Part shown: positions 21,620 to 22,496 of the stretch, one piece after another
How the letters are laid out: the number at the start of each line of letters is the position of its first letter
How positions within the stretch are numbered: the stretch's first letter is position 1
DNA from: Octopus sinensis
Lineage: Eukaryota
Direction of reading: 5' to 3'
DNA length: 22,496 bases
NCBI RefSeq assembly: GCF_006345805.1
Contig: NW_021836919.1
Coordinates: 1 to 22,496 of the forward strand
Made by a program: the position numbers and the translations under genes
Notes under the pieces: generated by a model
Told to the model about the DNA's origin: nothing
The model's input: the letters and a program-made list of their open reading frames with translations, nothing else
Databases searched by the model: none

Positions 21620-22270
21620 CATATATATACACAGACATCTATGCCACTCACGATACACGTACACATGTATATATATACTTACATGTATGTATGTATGTAT
21701 GTATGTATGTATGTATGTATGTATGTATGTATGTATGTATGTATGTTGTATGTGTGTATGTATGTATGTATGCATGCATGCATGCATGTATGTATTTGTG
21801 TATGTGTTTACACACAGCCATACATACACATGTATATATATATATATGTACGCACACACAAATATATATATACATACGTACATGAATACGTGCATAGATA
21901 GCTAGATAGATAGATAATGCATGTATACATACATACATACATACATATATACATACATCATACATGTACCATAGATACATAATAGATAGATAGACACATA
22001 CATACCTACCTCTATTTATTTCTCCACTTACACCCTTGGTCACGTGTCCAAAACATTTTAAAAATAGTTTTTATACCAGAGTCCACAGCATTCTGTTTAT
22101 GATGCATGTCACTTCTAAAAGAGGTATCTTAAGGCAGTATGTTATCACTAACATGCATGCATACATGCATATTTACACATAAATATAAAAATGTATATGC
22201 ATGCAGGAATATATATATGTGTGTGTGTGCATGTATATATATGTATATATGTATATATATGTATATATGC
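21620..22270. repeat. (TATG)n, (TA)n, (CATA)n and (GATA)n microsatellite region
   Basis: Direct repeats. Confidence 0.93.
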
Positions 22271-22496
22271 TAGTTCATTGGTTTACATCCATGTTCAACA
22301 TTGTGTTTTGTTTGCTAGTTTATTTGATTTCTCATCAACCGGATTATAAGATGGCCTGGTGGCTTGTTGGATAGATATAGCTGCTTGTTAGGTTTGTTTG
22401 TCTACTACAATAATTCACCCACCACTACCAACAACACAGCATCCATCACCGCCTGCCGCCGCATCACTAGAACCACTATACCAAAATTTCATCTTA

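Overview
AT-rich, microsatellite-saturated animal genomic DNA. The SINE families and SSR spectrum resemble octopus (coleoid cephalopod) DNA; this is recognition from memory, not a database result. The only well-supported host-gene feature is a minus-strand coding exon at the left edge (141 to <1). It encodes the first LIM domain of a LIM-homeobox gene most like Arrowhead/Lhx6/8 and has a canonical acceptor and branch point. It also has an unexpected in-frame TAA that looks like a 2-nt deletion. The rest of the window is upstream intron and/or 5' flank of that gene, filled with simple repeats and transposon relics. These are a solo LTR with a possible internal intron, a 552-bp fold-back Tc1/mariner element made of two transposase 3' ends, a 141-bp mariner MITE, further mariner fragments, two tRNA-derived SINE families, an RTE LINE 3' fragment, an RLE-type (R4/Dong-like) retrotransposon 3' fragment, and probable Penelope/hammerhead remnants. 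Nearly all ORFs in the supplied track are translations of microsatellites. No complete novel system is demonstrated. The most interesting theme is the recurrence of TE-derived fold-back structures that could form dsRNA inside or next to a neural transcription-factor transcript.
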